This document shows positions 47,031 through 58,114 of a stretch of 64,000 nt of DNA, one piece after another. How positions within the stretch are numbered: position 1 is the stretch's first letter; each line of letters starts with the position of its first letter. Where the stretch lies: NCBI GenBank assembly GCA_010015585.1, contig ML975181.1; one strand, written 5' to 3'. A model generated the notes under the pieces. The model made no database searches, had not been told where the DNA came from, and worked only from the letters and a program-made list of their open reading frames with translations. This DNA is from Eremomyces bilateralis CBS 781.70. Lineage: Eukaryota. Position numbers and translations under genes: made by a program.

Positions 47031-49742
47031 ATGACCGACAATCGACCGACCAGTGGGCGATCGGCTCCAGAACAAGCTCCGCAAACCCGCGATATACCGC
47101 CTAGCGATCAATCCGCTCAGGAACCAGGTCCGGAACGCGATAGACCACCCAGCGAGCGATCAGCTCAAGAACAAGATCCGCGACGCGATAGACCGCCCAG
47201 CGAGCGATTAGCTCAAGAACAACCAGATCTGCAACAACGCGATAGAGAGCGATCAGCTCTAGAACTAGATTCGCAATACTGCGATGGAGAGCAATCAGCT
47301 CAGGAACAAGACCCGCAACATGGCGATAGGCCGACCAGCGATCGATCAGGCCAAGAGCAAGACGCCCGACAACACAATACACTGTCCAGCGAGCGGCCAG
47401 CTCAAGACCAAGAACCGCAACACCGCGATAGACTAGCCTCGGAAGGAGAAAGAGCTGATTTAACTGCCTCCAATCCCTCCAAGGATGTCCGTCCACCAGA
47501 ACATGTCGAGCTCGGTGAACGTTCCGTCGATGTCCGTGAACTTTCCGCCGATCCAGCCCGCTGGACGCAGCTATCTCCCTTCCACCCAGAACGGTTGAGC
47601 CAGCCAACCAACCCGCATCAGATTTCCCAACAAGGTCCGCAACATAGACCGACCTCAGAAGGAGAAAGACCTGATCCAACTGCCTCGAATCTGGCCTCTA
47701 ATGATGTCCGTCCACCAGAACACGTTGGGCACCGTAAACCCTCCGCCGATCTAGGCCGGTGGACGCAGCCATCTCCCTTCCATCCAGACCCGTTGAGCCA
47801 GCCAACCAACCCGCATCAGTTTACCCAACAAGCACCTCCCGCCCGACAACAGAGTAGACACCTCCCGGAACCACTACCAGACCACTTTCGACCGGTCCTA
47901 CCGCCTCCCTTCCCAGCGTGCATGGGACTTCCATCTACCCCCAACTACAACCCCTTCAATCCTCCACCCAATACCGACTACTCTCTACCCAGTATCAACG
48001 TCCCCTTCAATCCTCCACCCAATATCAACTACCCTCCACCCGCCCCCGAAAGCCCTTTCGAGCATCGCTCAGCCAGCTCTTCAGCAGTCATCTCCCCTAC
48101 CTCGGCCGACCCCGACGAAATTGCCGGTTTCGTCCCCCGCCCCTTCAAGCCCCGCCGGCAAAAATACACACCCAAACCCCAACCCACGGGTTGGAGTCCC
48201 GTCCCTCAGTTTTGCTCCCTCCCACCGACCGCGCGGCCCGGCAATACCCGCCCCGGCCGAGTCACCATGTCAGGTCCGCCTATGACGGATACCGAGCCGC
48301 CCGTCAATCCACACCCCGGCCAAGACGACATGTCAGGCCCGCCTATGGCGGATACCGAGCCGCCCGTCAATCCACACCCCGGCCAAGCCGCCATGTCAGG
48401 TTCGTTTGTGCCGAATGCCCGACAGGGCCCGTCCAGACCCTCTCGGCGCGACGAGTTCACGAGACTGCGCGAGCAGCGGAGGATGGAACGGGTAGAGAAG
48501 CTGGGGACGACGGTCATAGCCTTGGAGAGCCGGTGGCGGAGGGAGCCGACTTTGCTGAGGGCTCCGAAGTTCGAATCGCTGGGGATGCCGATGGGCTTGG
48601 CGGTGAGGAGACAGTATGGGGAGTGGGTGACGGAGCACGACATAGAGCCAGTGACACGGAGATCGAGCGCGCTGCAAGTGATGGACATGGCGACTCTTTG
48701 GCTTGTGGCTATGGAGGAGGATAGGGAGAGGTTGACGGGTCAGAATATTCGGCTGGCGAAGGATAATTTGGTGTTGTGGAACTGGGTCATGGAGAAGGAA
48801 ATGGGGGCGACGGCGGCGGCGAGTGGTATGAGGAAGAGAAGAAGAACAGGAGAAGATAAAGAGGAGGGGGGAGTGGGGGTGGAAGAAGGAATTGAAGATG
48901 AGGTGGGGCTGGCGCTGGGACGACGGGAGACGGAGTCGGAAGCCGGAGGTGAAGAAGTCGTCCCACAACAGGCGGAGGGGAGTTGTAGAATGAAGAGAAG
49001 AAGGACAGGAGAGCATGAAGAGGAGGGGGGGGTGGGAGATGAAGAAGTAGTCGAAGAGGAGGACGAGTGCGAGGATAGGGAGCCTTGGTCAAAGGGGAAG
49101 GGGAGACGGGAAAGTACCAGATCAGGGGCAGGAAGAAGACGAACCGAGCAAGAAGTTGGGGTTGGCTTCGAGCAAGAAGCGGAGCTTGGATTCGAGCTGG
49201 AAGCGGAGCTTGGATTCGAGCTGGAAGCGGAGCTTGGATTCGAGCTGGAAGCGGAGGCTGGCTTCGAGCAGAACCTGGCGTCTGGTTTCGAGAAAGAAAT
49301 AGAGGTCCGTGTCGAGCAAGAAGTAGAGGTTGGTGTCCAACAAGAAGCGGAGGTTAGCGTCGAGCAAGAAGAGAAGGAGGTTGAGTACGAGTACGAATCG
49401 GTTGACTTCGACGAATTTGGCGAGGAGAATTATCATGACAGGGAAATCCGAGAATGGCACGGATATCTTGAGAATGAGCTCCCACAGAAGGTCGCGTTAC
49501 TCAATAGGGAACCTTCGTCAAAGGGGAAGGGGAGGCGGGAAAGTAACAGATCAGAAGGAGGAAAACGACGAACCGAGCAAGAACAGGAGGTTCCAGTCGA
49601 GCAGGAAGAGGGGGATTATAATGACAGAGAAATCCGAGAATGGCACGAATATCTTGAGAATGAGCTCCCACGGAAGGTCGCGTTTCTCAAGGAAAACTCC
49701 CCCCTACCACAATATCAGAATTTACCAGGTTACCGGTATTAG
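47031..49742 (+). CDS. Intronless 903-aa low-complexity orphan protein built from internal duplications
   Basis: 2.7 kb uninterrupted ORF whose repeat units keep the reading frame. Q/E/R-rich repeats, Pro-rich middle, a central helical/coiled-coil stretch (~aa 470-590) and a Glu-rich C-terminus. Confidence 0.75.
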   Translation: MTDNRPTSGRSAPEQAPQTRDIPPSDQSAQEPGPERDRPPSERSAQEQDPRRDRPPSERLAQEQPDLQQRDRERSALELDSQYCDGEQSAQEQDPQHGDRPTSDRSGQEQDARQHNTLSSERPAQDQEPQHRDRLASEGERADLTASNPSKDVRPPEHVELGERSVDVRELSADPARWTQLSPFHPERLSQPTNPHQISQQGPQHRPTSEGERPDPTASNLASNDVRPPEHVGHRKPSADLGRWTQPSPFHPDPLSQPTNPHQFTQQAPPARQQSRHLPEPLPDHFRPVLPPPFPACMGLPSTPNYNPFNPPPNTDYSLPSINVPFNPPPNINYPPPAPESPFEHRSASSSAVISPTSADPDEIAGFVPRPFKPRRQKYTPKPQPTGWSPVPQFCSLPPTARPGNTRPGRVTMSGPPMTDTEPPVNPHPGQDDMSGPPMADTEPPVNPHPGQAAMSGSFVPNARQGPSRPSRRDEFTRLREQRRMERVEKLGTTVIALESRWRREPTLLRAPKFESLGMPMGLAVRRQYGEWVTEHDIEPVTRRSSALQVMDMATLWLVAMEEDRERLTGQNIRLAKDNLVLWNWVMEKEMGATAAASGMRKRRRTGEDKEEGGVGVEEGIEDEVGLALGRRETESEAGGEEVVPQQAEGSCRMKRRRTGEHEEEGGVGDEEVVEEEDECEDREPWSKGKGRRESTRSGAGRRRTEQEVGVGFEQEAELGFELEAELGFELEAELGFELEAEAGFEQNLASGFEKEIEVRVEQEVEVGVQQEAEVSVEQEEKEVEYEYESVDFDEFGEENYHDREIREWHGYLENELPQKVALLNREPSSKGKGRRESNRSEGGKRRTEQEQEVPVEQEEGDYNDREIREWHEYLENELPRKVAFLKENSPLPQYQNLPGYRY
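48267..48404 (+). repeat. 63-bp tandem duplication (MSGPPM.DTEPPVNPHPGQ) x2 plus a partial third unit
   Basis: Near-identical units start at 48267 and 48330; a third start (ATGTCAGGT) is at 48393. Confidence 0.9.
49176..49271 (+). repeat. 24-bp coding minisatellite GAAGCGGAGCTTGGATTCGAGCTG (EAELGFEL)
   Basis: Three identical units at 49176, 49200 and 49224, one diverged unit at 49248, and more degenerate 8-aa units flanking. Confidence 0.92.
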
Positions 49743-50379
49743 CTGGTTAATGCGGATTTAGCATATTCGACTTGGCTGCGGCACGAGAATCATTATCAAT
49801 CCCTACGAGCGGTTCCGCTGGAGAGCAGCACGGAACGGCCGTACCGACAGCAGTGCGACGGATACAAGTATCAACATTGCTAAGTAACCATGATTTCCTT
49901 TCAGCGTTTGATTTCTTTCTAAATTGCAGTCACTCTCTTTGATCAAGCAATTGGCTCTCCTGGCTTCCGTTTCGTATTGCCCAGCATTTAACAGCAAAAC
50001 TATATTATTCTACATTCTCCAAGGCCGCGTTCGTTCCATCTCTTGAGCGTTCAGTTACATCCGTGGATCTGGCTGGTTTGTGTGTACGTTAGGATGGATA
50101 CAAGGACAGTAGTAGTCCGGTTGGTGGAAGATACTTATCATTGGCGAGGTAGGTTATCGTTAATGAGCAAGGTGAGGGATGGGAAGCTGGCCGACGAGAG
50201 GAATAGAATAGACACGAGCTGGATCCGAAAATAAAAATCTTCCGGTCAATGACCGAAATCCCAGATTGCATTTTGCAAGTGATCTATAACATCCACGACG
50301 ACAAAAGAACCTGTCCGTGTCCTTCTATCGCGCACAACCTAACCGAAAACCATCATCTCTCCTAATCCACCGCGACTCA

Positions 50380-52965
50380 TCACCCACCACTCCCCTCCCC
50401 CCCTCGCTCCGCCGCCCGCCAATTACTCACCTCCGTCTCCACGCTCTCAAACATCTCCCGCGCATCCTGAACCACCCCCTCCTCCCCGGGATTGAACATC
50501 ACCGCGTTCACCAACATCCGCACCAGCTCCCGCTCCAGCTGCGCCGAGTTGACGATCGCCTTTGGTGGCACCACCTCCGCACTCAACGGCAACACGACGC
50601 TGGCGCTCCCGCTCCCGGCCGCGGCCGGCGTGCCGGGGCTCGCTGCCGCGCCGATCCCGGAATCCGCTTGCGACGACGCCGCGGCCGCGACGGTGCGTGC
50701 GCCCGCCGTGATGGCGGCGCGGATGCTCTTGAGGTCGGTGGGGCGGTGGATCATGTCGTAGTAGCCTTCGGCGTCTTTGGCCTTGACGGGGTGGGCGAAC
50801 AGCGACGCGTGCTTGTGCGAGGTGATGGTCTGCATGACGGGGTTGCTGACGCGGGAGAAGTTGCGGGTGGCGAGGACGAACTGCGGGCGGACGCCGGTGC
50901 CGGGCGCGGCGGTGGGCGTGGAGCTGCGCCGGGCGTCGGTGGCTTCGGAGGTGGAGCGGACGCTGCGTTTGCGTTTGGGTGGGGCGGGGCGCTGGGTGGT
51001 GGCGAGGGTGCCGCGTCGGCGGCGAGTGCTGATGCCGGTGGTGGGAGTGTGCTCAATGGTGGAGCGGATATCTTCGCTGACTTCGGCGGGGGTGCTGGGC
51101 TCAGGTTTGATGGGGCGGCCGAAGCTGGATTCGGCGTCGATGGATATGTCGTCGGCTTGGGAGACGATCGATTGGCTGCGGGTGCGGCCTCGGAGGGAGC
51201 TACCGACGGCAGAAGATGCTGCGCTTCCGCGCCTGCGTGGTCTTCCCATGGTCCTTCGTGTTTGACGAGGTTCGGGCTCGGTGAACACAGCCTTTTGGTC
51301 TTCCGTTTGCTTCGGGGTTGGTTGTGTACGCGTTGGTTTGCCTCGTCGAGACCGTGGGGGTGGAGAGGGCGCTCTCTCGCTGATAGGACTCATATGTCGG
51401 GGTCGTTTGGGCATGTGGGCGTCAGTGCTTCCTGCTGGCAAACCATTTACCGTCTGTGCAGTCTTGGCCGCCTTCATGATCCTCGATGGTGGAGTGTCCC
51501 GAAGCCATCCGATGATCGTATTCGATAACTGAGGTGGGACGATTGGCGTGGCCACTGGAGTCGGTGGTTTCGTAACCTGAGGGACGGGTGCCTGGTTCGG
51601 CGGAGATGTTGCGCCAGGTGGTCCAACTGGTGCACCTGGTACCTGCTGAGATTGTGGCTGTGTGCCTGCTCCTAGGTTGACCTGGAATGGGGGGAGCATG
51701 TAACCTCCTTGAAGATTGTGCTGATAGTTCGACACGTAAGGGACCGTCTGAGGGGACTTCTGGGGGTTCGGTGGAGGTTGCTGGGGCCATGCATTTGGGT
51801 GGATAGGTGCAGCTTTTTGAGCAGGACTAACGGCATACTCGGGAGAGACGGGAGGCCGGGCACTAGGCTGCGGAATCGGAGGAGTTCCGGAGCCCATATA
51901 TGCCGTGATTTTGGCCGGGTCCGGACTCGGCCCAGGCGATGTTTGAGCGGTAGACCTGCTCGGAGGGGATGGAGCCACGCCGGCTGGTGTTCGAGGTAAT
52001 TGCGATACCAAGGCCGGAGATCCTCCAGTCGTAGGGTTCTGAGCATATTCAGGAACGGTTCCAGAGGTCGGCGGTTGTTGATGTGGAAGTGATGGTGTCG
52101 TAGAGGGGCTAGGCTGTGTCGGAGTTGCTTCTTCAGGCCTATGAACGTCTGTAATCGTCGGAGACGGCGCGTTGATTGAAGGGATCTGGCCAGGCTGACC
52201 GGCCTGAGGTCGAACATCGCTAGGTTTCTCAGTGGGCGGCTGTTTCAGAGGAGCCGTTTGGGGACCTGGGGACAGACCAGGAACAGTGAATGGCTGCTCC
52301 TGTACGTCTTTTGAAATGTCCGGACCCAATCCTGCCTTTGGAGTCTCGGATGGAGCCTTAGGACCCGTTTTGGCTCCAGTTGGTGCTGGTGAATGGCCGT
52401 TTTCCACGGGCTTGATACCGTTTACGACTCCTTCTCTACCTAAGAACCCTTTCCATTCCCCTTCCTCAATCTCCCGTCGCAATCGCTCATCCCACTCTCC
52501 CTTCTGGATCTCCTGGAGCTCTTTTTGCAACCGCGTGTAGGCTCGTTCCTGATCGCGGATTTCGCGGATGGCATATTGTCGGTATCGCGTGTACAACTTC
52601 GTGATCAATTGCGGAATAAGATGCGCCGCTTGACTCGCTTCCTGCGCGCTCGGGAGGGACGGACTGGGTGCTTTCCGTTTCCTCGATGGGGATGGACCAT
52701 CTGGACGAAGGCTATCGTTTTCATTCGCGGAGGGATGTTGCAGATCGCTCTGGATCTCCTCCTTCAGCAGACGAGAGTACAGGTCTCGAAGCGCATCGGC
52801 GCTGAGTCTTCCGGTGTCGAAGGTCGCGGCATTCTTGATAAGCGGGTTGGATTGCAGCAGGCCGGAAACTCGATCGAAGCTCGCATGGTCGACGCCGTAG
52901 GACGACAGATACTGGAAGAGCAAAAAGGACTCGAGCGGGGAGTACGAGGTGAGGTTAGTGGTCAT
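50380..52965 (-). CDS. Bromodomain-containing protein (BRD8-like, probable NuA4/SWR-associated)
   Basis: Likely start MTTNLTSYSPLESFLLFQYL at 52965 (the ORF is open to 53061), LITKLYTRYRQYAIREIRDQE coiled coil and a Pro/Gln-rich middle. C-terminal bromodomain HKHASLFAHPVKAKDAEGYYDMIHRPTDLKSIR...IVNSAQLERELVRMLVNAVMFNP. Confidence 0.88.
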   Translation of the reverse strand: MTTNLTSYSPLESFLLFQYLSSYGVDHASFDRVSGLLQSNPLIKNAATFDTGRLSADALRDLYSRLLKEEIQSDLQHPSANENDSLRPDGPSPSRKRKAPSPSLPSAQEASQAAHLIPQLITKLYTRYRQYAIREIRDQERAYTRLQKELQEIQKGEWDERLRREIEEGEWKGFLGREGVVNGIKPVENGHSPAPTGAKTGPKAPSETPKAGLGPDISKDVQEQPFTVPGLSPGPQTAPLKQPPTEKPSDVRPQAGQPGQIPSINAPSPTITDVHRPEEATPTQPSPSTTPSLPHQQPPTSGTVPEYAQNPTTGGSPALVSQLPRTPAGVAPSPPSRSTAQTSPGPSPDPAKITAYMGSGTPPIPQPSARPPVSPEYAVSPAQKAAPIHPNAWPQQPPPNPQKSPQTVPYVSNYQHNLQGGYMLPPFQVNLGAGTQPQSQQVPGAPVGPPGATSPPNQAPVPQVTKPPTPVATPIVPPQLSNTIIGWLRDTPPSRIMKAAKTAQTVNGLPAGSTDAHMPKRPRHMSPISERAPSPPPRSRRGKPTRTQPTPKQTEDQKAVFTEPEPRQTRRTMGRPRRRGSAASSAVGSSLRGRTRSQSIVSQADDISIDAESSFGRPIKPEPSTPAEVSEDIRSTIEHTPTTGISTRRRRGTLATTQRPAPPKRKRSVRSTSEATDARRSSTPTAAPGTGVRPQFVLATRNFSRVSNPVMQTITSHKHASLFAHPVKAKDAEGYYDMIHRPTDLKSIRAAITAGARTVAAAASSQADSGIGAAASPGTPAAAGSGSASVVLPLSAEVVPPKAIVNSAQLERELVRMLVNAVMFNPGEEGVVQDAREMFESVETEVSNWRAAERGGEGSGG

Positions 52966-54169
52966 CACCTTGCGATGGAAGAGCTGCTGCTGCCGTCCCG
53001 ATGGGAGGATGGGCGACGACGGCGGTAGATGGGGTTGGGGGAGAAGCAACAGAGAAGCCACGATGGAGGACGGGTCTCATGATAGCACGAGAACTTGGGA
53101 GCGGAGGGATTCCCTCACACCATTTGATGGACTGATGGTGATGATGCGCGATCGGAGTGGTCGAGATGTGGAGGGATCCACGGGAGGGAAAAGCGATGAA
53201 GGGAGATAATATGGAGGTGGAGGGGTTTGTAAAATTGATGGAGGCGATGATTTTCGAGATGGACTTGATTGAGAATTGAAGATTTGAGGTGGATGGGTTG
53301 ATAGGTTGATGAGTTGAGAGGTGTGAGATGTTGAATGTTGAATGGTGGATGGTGGAAAGTCGATGAATGGTGGATGGGGTTTGCGACCGCCGACCGTAGC
53401 CCGTAGGAGCCTGACTGCCTGAGATTTTGGGAGGCGTTCGGGGGGGGGGCAGACCGGGGGGTGCCGCCTATGATCGGCGCTCAATACAGGGGGTCCCTTT
53501 TCAGTCCTCACACTTCTCGCCAGATCATCACTGGATCACTGCTCAAATGTTCAGATAATATTATTTAGGCTGAAATATTCTTGAACGATAATAATTCCTT
53601 GGTGTTCTTTTTCATTCATCAGATGCATCATGCAGTACCTCTCACATGCCGGCTCCGTGCCTGCCCAGTGACCCATCCTAGTGTTACTCATTTGTACTGA
53701 GATATAATGATATATAAATCTGTAGCCAGACATGAATCTCAACTTGAACCAGATGACTCCCATGCAATTGGAACACGGCCTCAGCTGTTCAGAAATCATC
53801 ATCAATCCAACGTCGATCATTTGGGACCGAGAAACGGCTCCCCGTACCGTCCTTAGTGTCACACTCCCCCCCACACCTTGACCCTTTCCCTCGTGCCTCC
53901 ATCATCATCCCGAATCTCGACTTCTCCTGACCCTTTCCCATGAACAATTTCAAATCCCCCAAACACTACAAGAATCCCATCATCTACTCTAATATCCCTT
54001 TTCCATTGTCCATCGATATCATTTCTGAGCAAGCGCGCAGAACCAATCCTTAAGCTTCGGATTGTCCGTTCTCAGGAGAGCGTGAAACGTCCCCGACTGT
54101 TGCTTTGACTACTTCCTCCTCCCCTTTCCCGTTTGATATATTGCATAATCCCACCCCCCCACCCCAACC

Positions 54170-54844
54170 ATGACCGAACCCAAAGACCCCGAAGGCTGGC
54201 AACAAGTCCAAGAAGCCCAACCCGAGAAGTACTCCCGCCACCCTCTCCCCTCCTCTCCTCAGCTAGCTAACCCTCCCCAGCCTCGGCGCGGCCCTCGACG
54301 ACATCTTCAAAATGGACACCGGCCTCGACAGTCTCTCCCGCAACGTCGACAACAAGTAACCCATCCCCGGACCTCCCCCTGCCCTGCTCCCGTGTTTATT
54401 GTGCAATACCAGAAACTTACATGTCCACCCTCTCATAGACGCCGCTCCGTCACCTTCCAGAGCCGCGAGCTCGAAGCCCTCGAGGCGCAACTGCGCGCCG
54501 CGGAAGAGCGGTTGCAGAAGGCAGGTTTGGGCCCCTCGTCCGCCTCACCGCCCGCGCGACCTGTCGCAAGGGAAATACAGGCGCAGATTCTACAACGACC
54601 GGAGACGGTATCGGAGGAGGAAGAGGAGGAGGAGTCGAGTGAGGAGGAAGTCGGGAAGCCGGTCAGGAGAGACGAGGCCGAGAGTGAGGAAGAGGAAGAG
54701 AGCGAGGAAGAGGACGAAAGCGAGGAGGACGAATCGGAGAGCGACGATGAGCACGCGCCCGTCACCTCCCGGGTACCGCTTCGCAAACCCCCGGCGCAAC
54801 CACACAGTCTGTCCACCCCGTCCACCGAGCAACGCGTTTGTTGA
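54170..54844 (+). CDS. Small fungal coiled-coil protein with an acidic tract
   Basis: Three exons via GTACTC..CTAAC..CAG and GTAACC..TAG introns give MTEPKDPEGWQQVQEAQPEN-LGAALDDIFKMDTGLDSLSRNVDNK-RRSVTFQSRELEALEAQLRAAEERL, then an E/S-rich tract. Confidence 0.75.
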   Translation: MTEPKDPEGWQQVQEAQPEKYSRHPLPSSPQLANPPQPRRGPRRHLQNGHRPRQSLPQRRQQVTHPRTSPCPAPVFIVQYQKLTCPPSHRRRSVTFQSRELEALEAQLRAAEERLQKAGLGPSSASPPARPVAREIQAQILQRPETVSEEEEEEESSEEEVGKPVRRDEAESEEEEESEEEDESEEDESESDDEHAPVTSRVPLRKPPAQPHSLSTPSTEQRVC

Positions 54845-56027
54845 CTGACGCGCTAGAGACCTCGTCCACCGTGAGCAGCGAGTTCGAGCTGGTTGATGCG
54901 CCGCATGCGCGCGAGAACGGGAAGAACACGAAGTCTCCGGGCTGAGGATACGGGGGAGGATGCGAGCTGGGGGGATGGGGTTCGGACCGGTCGTTCTTGA
55001 ATCACTGCTGATGCGTGCGGTGGGTCGCGGGAATGGGTGTCGACGCTGCGTGGGTGCATTGCGATGCTGTTGGGAGTTCCCTGGTGGAATTACTGCTGCT
55101 AGGTCGACACGGACAGGCTACATAGGTACAGACATACAGATATGCTTCGGTTCTTCGACATTGTTTGATCACTAACCACATGTAATTTCTAATACCCGGC
55201 ATTCCATGCCTCTCCTTGTACACGTTCGGCTTCCTCCATTGCATTCGATCCATGAACACGGCGGCATGCTCTCGCCTCTAGGCACACCCATGCCACAACC
55301 TCGACAACGAAATGTCGGAATCCGCGTTTCTATATCGGCTCATGATATCCTCCTAGTAGGAGTCGAATTATCATCATCGGAAGCTTAATGCTTCAACCGA
55401 TGTCCCTCATGATGATTGGAGTCCAAACCTCCAGATACCAGGGATACCAGAAGATGAAAAAACCGGAACTGCCCGAGCTCGAATAACCCCCACAGCATTG
55501 ATATTACAAGGAATTTAATGAATGATGAGGCTCAACCGCTCAAGTTCTATCTCGCGGTTCTCGCCCAAAGCTTCCGTTGATGAACCAGGAGACTGGGATT
55601 GCGAGTTTTCGATTCCCTGCCGCTCCCGGCATCGAGGTAATTATGACGTAGAACCGTTTTATGTCAACTTTTGGACGTCCGATAAGGTAACGTTGAAACT
55701 TGGCCCAATAGGCCAATTAACGGATAGGAAATAAAGGGAGCATACATATCCGACTCTTCTCCGCAAGATCGGGCTAGGATAGAGAGCCGATGTCATCATT
55801 AGGAAGCATGTTGTAATTTGTATGGATGCGAGAAAGATCGCCATGAGCAGGACGGATATTTAGGATTGTTCCATATACAGCAAGAACGACTTTTATAATT
55901 CTACCGCAAGACTTTCCTATACACAACTCACACGAATCAAGATATTCTCCTAAATATCTTTTCTCCTCAACATCTTTTCTCCTCTGCGTATAACTTCATA
56001 TCCCAAGAGATTGAATCGACCATCACC

Positions 56028-57327
56028 ATGTCACAAGCCAAACCACCCCGCCCACCAGCGCCGTCAACGAAGATCGAACTCTTCTCCCCCACCTACTTCG
56101 CCGCATGCACAGTAGGAGGCATCATCGGTATATTATCCCACCTCATCTGGCCTTCTATCACAAGCTAACCCGCCCTGCCAGCATGCGGCCCAACCCACAC
56201 CGCGGTCACCCCTCTCGACGTCGTCAAAACCCGCCGCCAAGTCGACTCCTCCCTCTACAAATCCAACCTCCAAGGTTGGCGCACGATCTACCGCGGCGAA
56301 GGCCTCCGCGGCGTCTTCACCGGCTGGTCGCCCACGCTCGTCGGGTACTCGTTCCAAGGTGCCGGAAAATACGGGTTCTACGAGCTGTTCAAATACACGT
56401 ACGGCGAGCGATGGTTTCCGGGGGCGAATAAGACCGTGGTGTACCTCGCTGCATCGGCATCCGCGGAGGCGCTGGCGGATTTGGCGCTGTGTCCGTTAGA
56501 GATGGTGAAGGTGAGGATGCAGACGACGATTCCGCCGTTCGCGAGGAATATGCGGGAGGGGATGGGGAGGGTGATGCGGGAGGAGGGGGTGAGCGGGTGA
56601 GTGGGACGGGTTGATCGGCGTGAACGAGAAGCGGTGCTGATCGGAGTGAAGGTTTTATAAGGGGTTGTATCCGCTCTGGGGTCGGCAGATACCGTATACG
56701 ATGGTAAGATATGGTCCGCAAGACGATTTGACTCGGTGCTGATGGACTCGCCAGGTCAAATTCGCGACCTTCGAGAAGGCGGTGGAACGGATCTATAAGT
56801 TCCTCGGGAAGCCGAAGGAGTCGTTCAATAGCCTCCAGCAGACGGGGGTCTCGTTCGCTGGCGGATATATTGCTGGTATTGGATGCGCAGCCGTGTCGCA
56901 TCCGGCTGGTAAGTTCAGTCGCCGTGAAACATCGAGGATATTACTGATTCGTTTAGATGTGATGGTATCGAAGTTGAACTCCGACAGAAAAGGTGAGCGA
57001 ACACCTGAAATGGGTTAGCAGTGGTTACCGTACTGACATCGAAAAGCCGGCGAAGGCGCAGTCCAGGCCGTTTCAAGGATCTACAAGAACATAGGATTCC
57101 CAGGCTTGTGGAACGGACTCCCGGTCCGAATCGTCATGATCGGTGAGTATCCAGAGCGGAATATATACAGTCTGAGCTCCGCTGAACCGACAAAAGGAAC
57201 TCTGACCGCCTTCCAATGGCTGATATATGACTCGTTCAAAGTATATCTAGGGGTAAGCAACGTGAATCCTCGGATCCCATCATCCTAAGCTAATGTTTGC
57301 CAGCTTCCGACAACGGGAGGACACTGA
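56028..57327 (+). CDS. Mitochondrial phosphate carrier (SLC25A3 family, Pic2/Mir1-like)
   Basis: Eight exons give [92 protein letters not shown] and [25 protein letters not shown], with carrier PX[DE]XX[KR]-type signatures. Confidence 0.96.
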
Positions 57328-58114
57328 GACCCTGAAGAAGGGTGGTAATTAAAGGTCTTTTTGAACCCCATTATAATTGGGGGTTAGTTGTCATCGTTCT
57401 TGAAGTGTTCGCATCATTTGGTAGGGCGTGGCAAGGTGCTTCGGTGTTCGCGAGGGATATGTACTCTGTATCGGGACTTTAGATCAGATATAAATCAAGT
57501 GCTGGAATATTAGCAATAACGGCTGGAATTTATCGTTGCGGGTGCGGATATCGATCTGATGGTTGTCAGGCGTGGAAATGGCCAGCCCCGTTGATGGGCG
57601 ACACGTCAGCTCCACAAATGCTTTTCCTCCTTTCACCCGCCATTCCAGCTCCCAGAGGCCAGGGCATCATCACCAACCACCACAGCACGCAATCTGTCAT
57701 CGAGCCACAATTGAGTGCAGAATCCCAGCTTAACTGCATCTTACAAATCCTGCCATTCTGCCAAAATGCCAATCACGTAGAATCATGGAATTTCCGGTGC
57801 TCGCCAATCTTAGGACCACTATTGATCGGCGAACCTGTCGGTGGATGGTGACGGGTAAGAGTCAGGGGAGATAGCCGCTACGTCCGCAGGACTCAAATCC
57901 ATCGATTTGAATCATATCCTACTTCTTACTTAAACGTCAGAGTCCTGTCCTCTCGTAATTACAGCCATATTTCTTCTTATCACCATCGGATGGAACTAAG
58001 CATGCCCTGATAGCCTGCTTAAAGACATTAGGATAAACGTACCGGTCTGAGGGCAGCGCGAGACAGGAGACGTTCACCTGGCCTCCTTTGGCCAGACGTT
58101 GAGAAGCTCCGTGA

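Noticed and set aside
49176..49271. 24-bp repeats as a possible CRISPR array
   Set aside because: Head-to-tail with no spacers, in frame within a eukaryotic ORF, and no cas genes.
50317..51528. 403-aa + strand ORF
   Set aside because: Antisense shadow of the bromodomain gene in a GC-rich block, with a non-ATG start.
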